DNA of 64,000 nucleotides from Naegleria gruberi (lineage: Eukaryota). The notes beneath the pieces were generated by a model that saw only the letters and a list, made by a program, of their open reading frames with translations, was not told the origin of the DNA and did not search any database. The stretch lies in the NCBI GenBank assembly GCA_000004985.1, contig GG738848.1. One strand, given 5' to 3'. Shown in pieces: positions 44,417-55,796 of this stretch. Position numbers and translations under genes: made by a program. Every line of letters starts with the position of its first letter. Positions within the stretch are counted from its first letter, which is position 1.

Positions 44417-45847
44417 TCACTTCACATTGAGACAACAAGTAGTTTTACAAATACCCCTTATCTCTACCCTAATAGTTGAAATATCACTCTTAACTTCTTT
44501 AATTTCATAATTCATAATGTTACTCTCACTTTTAATATTATGGATATCAGTTTGCATGTTATCAATATCAGTTTTCATATTGCTAATATCATTCTTCATA
44601 CTTTTGATATCAGTCTTCACCTTAGTAATATCAGTCTTCATACTATCCACGTTATTATTAATTTTTTTGATATCATTCTTCATATTGTTGATATCTGTCT
44701 TCATATTGTTGATATCTGTCTTCATATTGTTGATGTCAGTCCTCACAGTGTTGATATCATTCTTCATATTGTGGACATCATTCTTAATATTATTAATATC
44801 GGACTTCATGCTATCAATATTAGTATTAAATTCAGACTTGGTCATGATTTCGTTTCGTATTTTCCTTAGTTCCTCCATAACATCTGCTAGGGACAAATTA
44901 CCACTTTTCACTTGTTCTCCCATTTTTTTCTTGTTAGAAACCTCAGCAACACCATCAGTTAATTTCTCTCCCTCAAGAATGATTTCCATCTCTGATTCAG
45001 CTAGAATGATTTCATCGGAAGCATTGTTATTGTCTTCATTCATTGAATGAGCAATAGAAGTATTCAGCTCTGTTTCTTCCATTACCATAACTTCATTGAT
45101 GTTTTCTTGATTAATAATATCGGGAGTTTCTTCCATTACATTAATTTGATTATTATCATCAGATGTGATAGGAGGATTTCTAATCTCTGGTTCTTCGTTC
45201 AGGTCAAACATAATTACATTTTGGGTATTAAGAGTAAAGCTATTAATATTAGCATTATTCTCCATCTCTGATTCAGTTAGAATAATTTCATCGGAAGCTT
45301 TGATATCCTCTTCTTTCTTGGAATGGGTGTTGGAATTAAGAGTGCTGCTATTCATACTTGATTCAGTTCTAGACTTTGATTTCTTAGAACGAGGCTTCTT
45401 TGTTGATTTGGCTTTCCTTGGAGCAACCATTTCAACAAAATCCTTCATCATTTGCAATAGTTCTTTCTCTCCAGAAAGGTGGGTGATTTCATGGAGAAAG
45501 TTGTACTTTAACTTGCTCTCATCATTCAATGGCTTGAGGAAATTACGAAATTCAGTCTTATCAATGTGATGGAAACTAAAATCATCCAACATGCTACAAA
45601 TAACATTCAAGAATGCCTCCTTGCTTCTCAATAAAACCCAAACTCCATTAGATTTCAATAAGAAGATAGGATGGTTCTTGTTCGCTAAATTATTCATGAA
45701 TTTTTCGAGTGGAAACTCGTTGAAATCATAACCCTTAACCAACACTCTGATTAGAGCAGGTGGAATGAAATCTCCAGTATCTCTATCTTTACTAACAAGA
45801 GTTTTGATAATGAGTTTCTTATCTTTATCAGAAGGCTGTGAATGCAT
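44417..45847 (-). CDS. Hypothetical protein with a C-terminal array of heptad (7-aa) coiled-coil repeats (xDIxNMK)n
   Basis: 476-aa ORF. The C-terminal third is NDINTVRTDINNMKTDINNMKTDINNMKNDIKKINNNVDSMKTDITKVKTDIKSMKNDISNMKTDIDNMQTDIHNIKSE, encoded by 21-nt tandem DNA repeats. Internal duplicated acidic segments are present (DEIILTESEME / DEIILAESEME). Confidence 0.5.
   Translation of the reverse strand: MHSQPSDKDKKLIIKTLVSKDRDTGDFIPPALIRVLVKGYDFNEFPLEKFMNNLANKNHPIFLLKSNGVWVLLRSKEAFLNVICSMLDDFSFHHIDKTEFRNFLKPLNDESKLKYNFLHEITHLSGEKELLQMMKDFVEMVAPRKAKSTKKPRSKKSKSRTESSMNSSTLNSNTHSKKEEDIKASDEIILTESEMENNANINSFTLNTQNVIMFDLNEEPEIRNPPITSDDNNQINVMEETPDIINQENINEVMVMEETELNTSIAHSMNEDNNNASDEIILAESEMEIILEGEKLTDGVAEVSNKKKMGEQVKSGNLSLADVMEELRKIRNEIMTKSEFNTNIDSMKSDINNIKNDVHNMKNDINTVRTDINNMKTDINNMKTDINNMKNDIKKINNNVDSMKTDITKVKTDIKSMKNDISNMKTDIDNMQTDIHNIKSESNIMNYEIKEVKSDISTIRVEIRGICKTTCCLNVK
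44530..44835. repeat. Tandem array of a 21-bp unit (about 14 copies, e.g. ttcatattgttgatatctgtc), coding. It encodes heptad repeats on the minus strand
   Basis: Direct near-identical 21-mers are visible, with three exact consecutive copies at about 44690-44752. They stay in frame with ORF 44417..45847. Confidence 0.7.
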
Positions 45848-46294
45848 TTTTTTTTGAGAGAAGTTTAAGCGCCTTCTTTTCAGTGTTCTTTTCCGTTCTT
45901 ACTTGACTTGAATACAGGTGGTTGTTCAGTAGATTGAAATCCTTCAAGTTGATGAAGAGTGATGAATACATCAAGAATGGTATTAAGAAAGAGTAACCTT
46001 AACACCTTGTGGATTAATAACAATGTTAACCAACTTCTTTTCTTCAATATGCTTAGTAGAAAATAATACTGAATATTGGAAGAAGTTAACCATTTCGAAG
46101 CTTAATGAAACAATTCAATTGAGAAGGAAATCTGTGACTCAAATGAAATAATTGAAAAATAAAATGCAACTCCCAAAAATTGAGGTTTTCGAGATATCGG
46201 ATATAGATCGATTCTGTGTTTCATCCTTCATTTTGTATCTCGATCAAGCATATATTGGTAAAAAATCCATCAAAAAATTTATGTCATGGTTTCT

Positions 46295-46852
46295 CTAAAA
46301 CAACAATAATTGTTTCATTTCACTTATGTATTTGGATCCTTTATCACTAATTTCATTGTCAGAAATATTAAGTGATGTTAATTGTTTCATTTCACTTATG
46401 AATTTGGCTCCTTCATCACCAATTTCATTGTTATATATATCAAGTGATATCAATTGTTTCATTTCACTTATGAATTTGGCACCTTCATCACTAATTCGAT
46501 TTACACTAATATTAAGTGATGTTAATTGTTTCATTTCACTTATGTATTTAGCTCCCTCATCACTAATTTGATTGTAATAAATATCAAGTGATGTTAATTG
46601 TTTCATTTCACGTATTAATTTGAGTTGGTCTAAAGAGTCAAACAAATTTCCAGAAACTTTAAGATTAACAATACTATTCATGATTATCAACTTGAGTAAA
46701 TACAGCGAATTTGACACCTGACACATTTTCCAATGACTTGTGACTCTTACAGCTGCAGATTTAACACTTTCAGCAACTGCAAATGATAAATCTCCAGCAC
46801 TATATCTTGCCTCAGTCAATGAAAAGAATGATTTACGAAACAAGCTTGTCAT
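46295..46852 (-). CDS. Leucine-rich repeat protein (RNI-like 24-aa LRRs). It is possibly one exon of a larger gene
   Basis: Repeats EMKQLTSLxIxxNxISDEGAKxIS occur four or more times. They are encoded by 72-bp tandem DNA repeats at about 46316..46612. The adjacent ORF 46833..47015 may be an upstream exon. Confidence 0.55.
   Translation of the reverse strand: MTSLFRKSFFSLTEARYSAGDLSFAVAESVKSAAVRVTSHWKMCQVSNSLYLLKLIIMNSIVNLKVSGNLFDSLDQLKLIREMKQLTSLDIYYNQISDEGAKYISEMKQLTSLNISVNRISDEGAKFISEMKQLISLDIYNNEIGDEGAKFISEMKQLTSLNISDNEISDKGSKYISEMKQLLLF
46316..46612. repeat. Four tandem copies of a 72-bp unit (coding, LRR units)
   Basis: catttcacttatg(t/a)atttgg(a/c)(t/a)cc(t/c)t(t/c)atcac(t/c)aatt...gtgatgttaattgttt recurs with about 90% identity. 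Confidence 0.65.
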
Positions 46853-47527
46853 TCCTTCCTTTTCTCACAATCGAATAAAACTTATTTCTCAAAGCATCTG
46901 ATTTCTTTCTAAGCATCGATTGACCACGTTTAGCACTATTCAAACGATTCTCCATTAATTGTAAGGTCATTCTATTCGGAACAACAGCCAATCTATTATT
47001 AATAGTAGCAGACATTTTTTTCTGTTTTGAATTTCATCTCTTTGAATTTTTGTGAATTTAAAGTTTGGCATGTATAATTCAAAATTCTCTAAAATTTAGC
47101 AACAACTCTTTCGATCAACTTGCTGAGGTGCGCCACCAATGCACAAAACTTCCAAATTAACTGGACTTGAGCAAGAATGGCAATTCAGAAAAAGATGCCT
47201 CAATTGAAAGAACCAACTCTTTTGAAATTAGCTATTAAAGTTATCCATCCTTTAGATGATTGGAGTTATCACTGCAAATCTGAGAGAATTCATCAATAAA
47301 GTACTCGAACAAGGTCCTTGTATTTTATCCTAATTATTCCTTTTTATGTTCATCACTATAATAAATTATTGGATATTCTATATGCAACACAAGAAGGGGA
47401 AGTTTTATTTACAGAGAGGCATATTGTCTTGTGAGTTAATTACATTGTTTAGAGTGGGAGAGATCACTAATTGAAGTGACATATAAAGTTTGTTCAATAC
47501 TCATTGACCAACCAATAATAATCATAT

Positions 47528-47815
47528 TTAGAATGGACTGCCAGTCAAATAAAACTTGACACCAGCAACAGCACCTGCAATAGTAACACCAACTGCAACC
47601 CCAACTGGTCCACCAATGGCACCAGTTGCAGCTGCAGCTTGCATTGTAGAAACGGCACTTCCTGCAGCTACACCACCACCTGAAGCAATTGCAGTTGTGC
47701 TCATCCAAGCAGCTGCCCAAGAACCAGCAGCAATGCCAGCTTTAGTAAAACCAAACCAAGAAACGGCTTGAGTAAATCCAAGGTATGTTAATGTTCCTGC
47801 AGCAATGGAGGTCAT
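47528..47815 (-). CDS. IFI6/IFI27 (ISG12, Ifi-6-16) family small Gly/Ala-rich membrane protein
   Basis: AGIAAGSWAAAWMSTTAIASGGGVAAGSAVSTMQAAAATG matches the Ifi-6-16 core (…AGIAAGSIAAKMMSAAAIANGGGVAAGSLVATLQS…). 95 aa, two predicted TM helices. Confidence 0.65.
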   Translation of the reverse strand: MTSIAAGTLTYLGFTQAVSWFGFTKAGIAAGSWAAAWMSTTAIASGGGVAAGSAVSTMQAAAATGAIGGPVGVAVGVTIAGAVAGVKFYLTGSPF

Positions 47816-48244
47816 ATTATCAATTTTTTTTTAAATTAATATTTGAGAGATGTGTGTACTGTGTAGTTTAAAGGATTTTCAGATGTGGATATTTTTGGAA
47901 AGGGTTGGGAATTCTCAACCTTGGGTTGGGAAGTGTGATATTGATTGACACAATGCATAGAGATTTTAAAATCAACGATAATGAAAGAAGCGCCAATCAG
48001 TTTACAAGAGTGCACTGTATCATTTTCTGTGATGGAGGAGCAAGTGTTTCTGTTCTAGCTCACCAAAGAATTTACCTTGACTCTTGCCATAGTTCAAATT
48101 GTTTCAAATCAATCTTTACAAGAAGTCGTAGTACAACATGTTTGTTGTAATCCGTGCGGAAGCACTAACCAAGTAGATGTCTCTATTTTGCAAGGATTCT
48201 TGTTTGCAGAATAGATCATTCAAAAAAACACAAACAAATTCACC

Positions 48245-49016
48245 ATGCCTGTGTCCTCATCAGAAGAAGAAAAGCAAAATATCATTGCCAAGTGGGAAGA
48301 AGTTTTCAAAGTTGGATCTTCCATGACAAGCAAGGAAGCAATTCAAGAAAACAATCTCGGAAAGGAAGGCAATTTCGAATATTGTCACACCAAGCAGAAT
48401 GTTGATGTTTATGCATTAAAGACAGAGCATTCAACTATTGTAAGAGGTGATATTGTTGTTGAAGGAGCTAAAGCTGAAGAATTTTTGGCACATTTCGGAT
48501 CAGTTGACTTGGCAGAGAAAGTTAAATTTGATAGCACAACAAAGAGAATTGAAATTGTTGAGCAGTGGACTGATGAAAGTGATGGTTCTGCATGGAGAGT
48601 TCAATACTTTGTAATTTCAGTTGGAGGTATGTATTTTCATTGCTAATTTTCCAAAAAAATGATTAGCTCTTGTTTCTGATAGAGATTTCCTCTATGTTTT
48701 GAGAATTTTCAAGAAGGATAACATCACCTACTTTTTAACTACCAGTATTGATGGCTTGTACACACCACCTTCAACATTCCAACCTCAAAATAAGGCAGTG
48801 AGAGGAACTAATCTATTTGTATGCCAAAGATACGAAACTCTTGAGAATGGAGATTTGCACATTAGTTATGCCAATCAAGTTTCACCAAATGGGTGGATTC
48901 CAATAAGCATTGTCAATGCAAATATCTATCCTGTTCCTCTTTCATTGGCTAAGATTGCAGATTCATTAAAGAAGAAAACTAAAGTTCCATCCAACTCTCC
49001 ATCCCTCAAAAAGTAA
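48245..49016 (+). CDS. START / Bet v1-like lipid-binding domain protein, 2 exons: 48245..48626 and 48667..49016 (the 40-bp intron is tentative)
   Basis: Track ORFs 48245..48646 and 48699..49016 join in frame via gtatgt...attag, giving 732 nt or 243 aa. The layout is START-like: ...WRVQYFVISVG|ALVSDRDFLYVLRIFKK...SIVNANIYPVP. Confidence 0.45.
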
Positions 49017-49034
49017 ATTTCTTTTTCTTTATAT

Positions 49035-49855
49035 TTACATGGATACATAAAGCACAATTAGCAGAACGATAATGAGCACTAGAATCGAAGTCATGTCCCA
49101 TACTGATTTACCAGAATTAGATTCCACACTTGTTTCAGAGGCCTTGACATGAACGATTTTTTCCTCTTGTTCCTTAATGGTTTTCTTGGCCAAGTCAACC
49201 ATGTCAGGGAATAATTTAACAAAGTTGTGATTTTTCAAATTAACTTCGCAACTCATAAGGGCCAATTTCTTCTTTTCCTCTGGTGTTGTTGACATACTTC
49301 CATAAGTTGAGTCATTTTCCAAAAAGAAACTCAAAAATCCTTTCAATATCGAATCAAGATTCCACAATGGATTCCAACTTTCCTTATGAAAATTAGTATT
49401 ACTCATACAAATTGGTGTATTGGTTTTAAATCTTCCATTTGGTGTTATCATTTCAACCCCAGGAGGCTAATTATTTTCAATTCATAATGATCAATTATTA
49501 CTATGTAAAACTCATACCTTGTAAGGATAATCAGGAGGAAAGACTTTTTCCCGATAATATTATTAAATAAATAATAATTAATTGATTAATATATAATTAA
49601 ATACCTACCAATTTTTCCATGATAAATTCCTCCTTTATAAGGATCATACGGAAGTGAATGAATAACAAAATGCCATTCAAATATATTATTCTCCAGAGGA
49701 CAACATTCAATGTGTTCCATCGGATTCTTCTTGATCAGTTGCAATTCCTTCTTTAATCGGGTCTAAAGATAATCAAAAGATAATATTACATTCCGATATG
49801 AAAAAATCATCATCAAAACATGTGTTTGAAAAAAACGTACGGTTGCTACGTTCAT
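49035..49855 (-). CDS. UBE2J: Ubiquitin-conjugating enzyme E2 J (Ubc6/UBE2J-like, tail-anchored), 4 exons: 49841..49855, 49609..49762, 49518..49543, 49035..49466
   Basis: The assembled protein is MNVAT|TRLKKELQLIKKNPMEHIECCPLENNIFEWHFVIHSLPYDPYKGGIYHGKI|VFPPDYPYK|PPGVEMITPNGRFKTNTPICMS (active-site Cys)...WNPLWNLDSILKGFLSFF...C-terminal TM helix (ILVLIIVLLIVLYV). The introns are 78, 65 and 51 bp, all GT-AG. Total 627 nt. Only the last exon is in the ORF track. Confidence 0.8.
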
Positions 49856-50029
49856 TGTAGGGTTGTTCTATTTTTTTCTAATTTTAAACAAATCTAATTT
49901 TTAATGTTTATCTTCTAATTGGTTTACAAACAAGTATTACAACATGTTATTAGTTACTTTGAAACAATTTTCATACGGCCTGATACAATTTCTTTATTAT
50001 CCTTGTGATTGAACTTGGCAGAATAAGAA

Positions 50030-51010
50030 ATGATTACAAAAATCATCGAGTTCGCTACTCAGATCAAAAAAATGACAAAACTCAAATCAAGCACCCACTC
50101 GCTCGATCGTCTACTATCCACCGTGCCATCAGAGATGCTCTACGAAATATTTGCCAATTTACCCTTCGTAGAATTGCTAAACATTTTTACATTGAATAGG
50201 GAGATTTATAATTTATTGATGGAGAGCGAATACTTTTTCGAGAAATTATGTAGAATTTATTGTAAATTAAATGATATTACGGAAAGTGAGTACGGAAAGG
50301 CTGTTGAGAGTGTAAAGGAAAGAAAAGATTTTAAGAATTTATATTTTTCTGTCATGCGCGAGTTGATTTCATGTTTTGGATATAAGTGGGATACTGAATA
50401 TCAGTATTACAAAGTTGCCAACAAGTTTGAATTGACATCCAACACTTTTAAAACAATCGAAAAACCTTCTCATGGTGATTTTTATACTGTGAAATCGGTC
50501 AGATTGTTGAAACCTGGCAGATATTACAAGTGGAAGATTAAATTGGATAACTATCATCCTGGAATTGTTTCAAATTCATTCAAAATCATGATTGGAATTG
50601 AATCTCTCAATTTCTTCCCTTTCAATGATCAACATAGTGGAGATGTCATTGGCTGGCAATCAGAATCAAAGGGAATAGCTTTAATTACTGGAACCAAAGA
50701 AATTATCCATGCAGGCTGTGGCGACAAACACAAAACTTTCAAGGTAGAACAAAACTTTGAAACTGGCGATATCATTCAAATAGAATTTGATTTAACAAAT
50801 GTTCCAAATGTTATCCCTCTCCAACATACTACAGAAAGATATTCTGATATAGAGGATGATGTAAAATATATGGGATCAGTGAGGTTTAGTCTAATTAGAG
50901 ACAAAACAACTCAAGAATTGAGACCTTGGTATCCATTCGGTGATGTGAGATTTGCTCCCTTCGTTCCAGCAGTTAGTGTAAACAGTGGACAAACTATTTC
51001 ATTTGTTTAA
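50030..51010 (+). CDS. F-box protein with a C-terminal SPRY/B30.2-like domain
   Basis: F-box VPSEMLYEIFANLPFVELLNIFTLNREIYNLL. The C-terminal approximately 180 aa is beta-sandwich-like (YYKWKIKLDNYHPG...IGWQSESKG...GDIIQIEFDL). The true ATG may be M at about 50071. Confidence 0.5.
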   Translation: MITKIIEFATQIKKMTKLKSSTHSLDRLLSTVPSEMLYEIFANLPFVELLNIFTLNREIYNLLMESEYFFEKLCRIYCKLNDITESEYGKAVESVKERKDFKNLYFSVMRELISCFGYKWDTEYQYYKVANKFELTSNTFKTIEKPSHGDFYTVKSVRLLKPGRYYKWKIKLDNYHPGIVSNSFKIMIGIESLNFFPFNDQHSGDVIGWQSESKGIALITGTKEIIHAGCGDKHKTFKVEQNFETGDIIQIEFDLTNVPNVIPLQHTTERYSDIEDDVKYMGSVRFSLIRDKTTQELRPWYPFGDVRFAPFVPAVSVNSGQTISFV

Positions 51011-51158
51011 CATAAATTTTGATGCACTCAATATCTCAAAGCTTTTATCCAACAAACGATCTAAAAAAGACCATCTATCCATTCAAGAAAATAACCAAAT
51101 CCATACTAATTGAAAAGATCAACAAACTTTACAAAATCTTAAAACTAAAAATAAAAAA

Positions 51159-53006
51159 ATGCAACAACAAACTGATAAAGAATCACAATGGATGATTTCA
51201 GTTACGACTCAAAGTGGTGGACAAGGAGAGGTTGAAGACATTCCAAGGATGAATCACCATGATGATGAACTAATGAACGATTCGGAAATAATGCTTGATA
51301 CTCATATATTGTCTGATTATTCCAAACTGAATGTAAATATTGAATATATCGACGAGTTGATGAATGGTTTGATAAAGAGTCACGGATTGAATGGCTTTGA
51401 TGAATTGAATCGATATCCAATGGATCAAATTCTCTTACGGGTAAGTAATTCTTTCCGATTATTGATTGTCATCTTGATAAGAAAGTTGAAACTCTAATAA
51501 TGGACGGTTATTGTTCGGAAGCCTTGAAAGTAAGCAAAGAATTGATACCCTCCATCGATGATAATAAGGAATTAATTGCCAAGTTTAATATTGTGCAAGT
51601 AAGTTGTTTCATATGAAAATAAAACTAACAAAGCCTTCGAATATTTCAATTTAACTAATTTTATTATAACTCGATTTAATTGGTTGTTGATTATCAAGTT
51701 GAGAGAGATGATATTAGGATGTACCATTGATGATTATTGTCAACAATTAAAGTGTATTGAATTTTGTAATTCAACCATTCCAGCCGATAAGACTCTGGAA
51801 ACCTCACCCGACCATGCCTTACTAATTGACACGTTGATGCTCTTGTTAAGGCAGAAAGATTGTGAATTTCAAAAGATGGAACAATTGGAAAGGGCTAGAA
51901 TTGAATTGTGGAAGGATTTTAAACGATATTGGAGTGTTGCAAAGATATTTAAGGATTCTGATTTGGAAATTGGAATGAAATACCTAATTATCAATCATAA
52001 TATTTATCATATCATGAATGGAGTGGAATCAAAGTTTCCAGAGATTGAGCAATTGTTACTTCCTGAGAAGGATGATGCTGTGTACAATCCCAAGCAGAAC
52101 AACCAGCAACGATTTGTTCTTGACTTGTGTCAAAAGTTGTGTCTCACAAGAGAGGAATCTATGAGTGCTCTGTATCATGCCCAGTCTGATATCAAGTTGG
52201 CAATTAGGAACGAATCCTCTCGGTTTCAATTGAATAAGAATTTATTCCTCAAACTCTTGGAAGAATATGTTGTTGTGAGAGGATTTGCGAACCAGAAGGA
52301 AGAAACAAAGATAATGAATTCTACTGTAAGGCAAATGATACAAGAATCGAGATTTGATGAATTAATAGAATATATCAATTCTGTGGATTCTACGATACTC
52401 CAAGAATATTCTCTGATTGATTATAGAATTTGTGAATGCTTATTTTATGATGCATTCATGAAGGGTAATGATTCGAATGCTCTTTCAATTGTTACACAAA
52501 AGATGATGCCATACAGAATGCAAAACTCCAAAATTGAGGAAGATTTCAATTGTGTTGTTTCATTGTTGGCCTTTGATAAGGACTCATCTGTATTCAATAC
52601 GAATGATCATGTACAGACTGTTATCAGAAAACTCGATTCTAACAAATCCGTTTTGGAAAAGTCGATACTGGAGATTCTATGTGTCTCTAGAGCAAGTAAT
52701 ACGAAACTTGTTCAAATATTGAAATATCTAATGAAGAATCATGAGATTAAGTATCAATTCGATACAGCAGAATCTGAACTATTGGACTATCTTAAACTGA
52801 AAAAGCTGTATCATCAATCCTATACCGAGTTTAGAGGGGAAACACCAGTTAAGGAAGAACCCTCATCCAATATCTCAAAACAGGATCAAGACATTCAATT
52901 ATTATACGATATTTTACAATTAACCAAAGATAGAGCGATTGAATTATTGAAACAATTCAAAACAGTTGATGCAGTGATTCAATCCTTTTTCAATGAAGAA
53001 GAATAA
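51159..53006 (+). CDS. Hypothetical protein with an N-terminal LisH/CTLH-like helical region and a C-terminal UBA/CUE-like motif. 3 exons: 51159..51440, 51482..51598, 51699..53006
   Basis: Track ORFs 51159..51497 and 51684..53006 are linked by a 39-codon exon (KVETLIMDGYCSEALKVSKELIPSIDDNKELIAKFNIVQ) through gtaagt introns of 41 and 100 bp. Total 1707 nt. The C-terminus reads DIQLLYDILQLTKDRAIELLKQFKTVDAVIQSFF. Domain calls are tentative. Confidence 0.4.
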
Positions 53007-53104
53007 CCCATAATTCAATAACAAGTGTGAGCGTCCATTACCATCTATTAGTTTGTTTGGTTATGTGAAATGTTCGGCAACTCTCAATCACAAATCAATA
53101 AAAA

Positions 53105-53648
53105 ATGTCGTCAACAAGGATAACTAAAAAGCAGCTAATTGACAGAGAATATGAGAAGGAGTCCTTTGCAGTTAAATCCCTACAGATGAAACAACATTTA
53201 GTTTTTGATACATCAACGGATCCTGCCCACGTATTTTGTCAATGTTTCGGAGCAGAGAAACCTAAAGAGTTTAGGTAGGATTAATTTTCAATAATAATTT
53301 AAATAATCCTGATAAATTAATAACATTCGGAATAGATTTTGGAAAGATTTCATCAATGATAAGGTAGATGAAAAACCAAGATTTTATACAGATACTTCCG
53401 ATCGGTTATGTGTAATGGTTTCAATTGACCATGATAAGATGCCAACTGCAATTGACCTAGTCTATTTCTTTATCAATAATGGAACCAATAAGAATTACAA
53501 ATTTGAAAAATACATTGTAGATGATCCAAAAGTTGGTCGAGCTCTAGGATTCAAAATCAGAGATCAAGTTTTCATTCTCAGAGTTACAAAACCTGCTGAT
53601 GTTTCGTCTTCAGGTTCAACAATTGCTACATCAGTGAATGGGAAATGA
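53105..53648 (+). CDS. Hypothetical small protein (160 aa), 2 exons: 53105..53274 and 53336..53648
   Basis: ATG at 53105 (MSSTRITKKQLIDREYEKESFAVKSLQ...AEKPKEFR) joins via ag|gtagga...aatag|a to ORF 53415..53648 (…RFWKDFINDKVDEKPRFYTDTSDRLCVMVSIDHDKMP...). Total 483 nt. No family was recognised. Confidence 0.4.
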
Positions 53649-54497
53649 TGAAAATGTATCACATTCTATTGAAATTATACTGAAAAAAACTGAAATTTAT
53701 GTACATATTAATTCTTTTTGAAAATTGTGAGATTTTTGTAAACTGTACAAAGAGAAAATACAATTAAAATTCATCATTTTTGGAAAATCAACATCAAACA
53801 CTCAATAATAACTACTCCTATCATCCAAATAATCCATTCTATGGCGCACAATGTCCTCCCTTATAGAGAAACTTGAATTGTGAGTAGAGTTTCTTTCTAC
53901 ATTTTTCCTTCAATAGTTTAAACTCACTCTTCTGCTTGTATTTTCCCAAATAACTATCCTCAGGTGGCCTCGGCCGTTTATTCATGCCCATAATATGTGT
54001 TTGCAACATTTTTTCTTATTAAAAGTAAACAGGTAAAGATAATTCATTGACCATTCTCATTCGTGTATGAATTGAGGAATTTTCCAAATGAATTTTGAGC
54101 GACAAAAAAAATGAATAAAATAATAATGGGCAAACCACATTTGACGCGATTTTAGTTGAGTTTTCAAAGGAGTGTTGATGATTCTTTTGTAGATAGAACA
54201 ATTACTGATGAAACAATTTATTTTCATTCTTTAGAATGTTCCCTTGGCTGTCTTAGGATAATGTGCAGATTGTTCGCTTCTGATTACAAGTTAGATCTAC
54301 TAGATTAGTATTCTTTTGTGTGGATATTTTGCATGATGCAGATTCTGCTCAATTTTACTAATTGATATGGAAGATAGCAAACCTATTTACCTCTCTTTCT
54401 ACTTTAAGAATATTACTTTACTTATAATTTGCTATCATTCCTCATTAACTCAATCAGGGAATGTTTCAATTTCGTTTCGCTTCTCACACAAATTAAA

Positions 54498-54755
54498 ATG
54501 TCAGAAGAACACAATAAGAAGGGTTTCTTTGCCTCCATCACTGATCGTTTCAAAACCACAATGGGATCAGCTCCAAGTACTGAAGAATATGCCAACGATA
54601 ATCAAGATCAAATCTCAAAGGAAAATCCACCAACAATGAAAGATAGAGAGAAATTGGGAGGTGATTTAGTCGAAAGAGTCTATCCAAATACGTTGGGTAA
54701 TATGAGTGGAGATCATGCTGGAAGTGATATTCCTAGAAAGGGAACTGCCTTGTAA
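54498..54755 (+). CDS. Small hydrophilic protein (85 aa), unknown function
   Basis: ATG at 54498 (MSEEHNKKGFFASITDRFKTTMGSAPSTEEYANDNQDQISKENPP...). Highly polar, no TM segment, no recognised domain. Confidence 0.3.
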   Translation: MSEEHNKKGFFASITDRFKTTMGSAPSTEEYANDNQDQISKENPPTMKDREKLGGDLVERVYPNTLGNMSGDHAGSDIPRKGTAL

Positions 54756-55054
54756 GACATGATTTAATAAAACTTTTTAAGGATTGATCATTGAATAATT
54801 AAATATTATTAATATTTAAGCTTGCTTTAACAATCGGAATTCTTTCATTGAATCATATCTTAATTGTTACAAATCAAAAGTAATTATTTGTTTTTTAAAC
54901 CTTCATCATTGAGTTAATTTCGAGAATGAATATTCAACCAAGCCTAACCAATTAATTGTAACCAAGCAATTAAAATAATTTTTTTTTAATTTAAAAAAAA
55001 TACATCACAGCACCTTTCTGTGTTTTTCATCACAACAAGAAGAAGAAAATCAAC

Positions 55055-55549
55055 ATGTCTGTTTTCGTTGGAAATTTGTCCTTCCAAACTAAATGGTGGT
55101 CATTGAAGGATCACTTTAAACAAATTGGAGAAGTTGTTCACGTTGATATTTTCACTGTAGCTGGTAAGCCACACTTGTCTAGTGGATGTGGACTTGTTCA
55201 ATTCAAAAATCCAGAAGATGTTACAGCTGCCTTGAAGTTGGACAATACTGAATTGGATGGAAGAGTCATCAGAGTTAAACTTGATGAAAAATCAGCAAAA
55301 GGACGTCAAGTTTTTGTTGGTAATTTGAACTTCCGTACCACATCCCAAACTTTGAAGGAAGCCTTTGAACCATTCGGTGAAGTTGAAAAGGCTATTATTG
55401 CTCGTGATCAAAAGCAACCAAATCGTTCTTTGGGTCATGGTATTGTTCGTTTCGCTTCTGCTGAAGCAGCTCAAAAGGCTGTTGCTGAATTGAATAACAA
55501 GGAAGTTGATGGAAGAGTTGTTCTCGTCAAGTTGGATGAAATGTGTTAA
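55055..55549 (+). CDS. RNA-binding protein with two RRM domains (164 aa)
   Basis: Two RNP-2/RNP-1 pairs: VFVGNLSFQTKW...CGLVQF and VFVGNLNFRTTSQTL...GHGIVRFAS. Confidence 0.8.
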   Translation: MSVFVGNLSFQTKWWSLKDHFKQIGEVVHVDIFTVAGKPHLSSGCGLVQFKNPEDVTAALKLDNTELDGRVIRVKLDEKSAKGRQVFVGNLNFRTTSQTLKEAFEPFGEVEKAIIARDQKQPNRSLGHGIVRFASAEAAQKAVAELNNKEVDGRVVLVKLDEMC

Positions 55550-55796
55550 AATTATTATTGGACAACTTAGCGATTAGAAAATATTGGTGACAATTTCTTG
55601 ATTTCGAGAGCTTGTATTCTGAACATTATGAAATTTCAGATTTTACCACCAACAATATCAACTATGTGAATGTATTGACAGATCATTGTTTCATTATTTC
55701 GGATTTGATACGCTACAACCAATCTTTAAAAGAATAAACATTATTTTATATTATAATTTTACAATTCGATAAATATTTTAATACAGATTTCTACAA

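Noticed and set aside
44530-44835. Regularly spaced 21-bp direct repeats (superficially CRISPR-like)
   Set aside because: They are contiguous tandem repeats with no spacers, in frame within a eukaryotic coding sequence. This is not a CRISPR array.
44517-45569. Several plus-strand ORFs (177, 109, 134 aa) rich in I/L/S/F opposite the heptad-repeat gene
   Set aside because: They are antisense readings of the A/T-rich 21-bp repeat array. The minus-strand gene has the coherent long ORF and N-terminal non-repeat domain.
47436-47720. Cys/Trp-rich 94-aa ORF (CFRWWCSCRKC...) overlapping the IFI6/27-like gene
   Set aside because: It is an alternative-frame artefact of the GC-rich Gly/Ala codons of the IFI6/27-like gene. 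The IFI frame has a clear family match.
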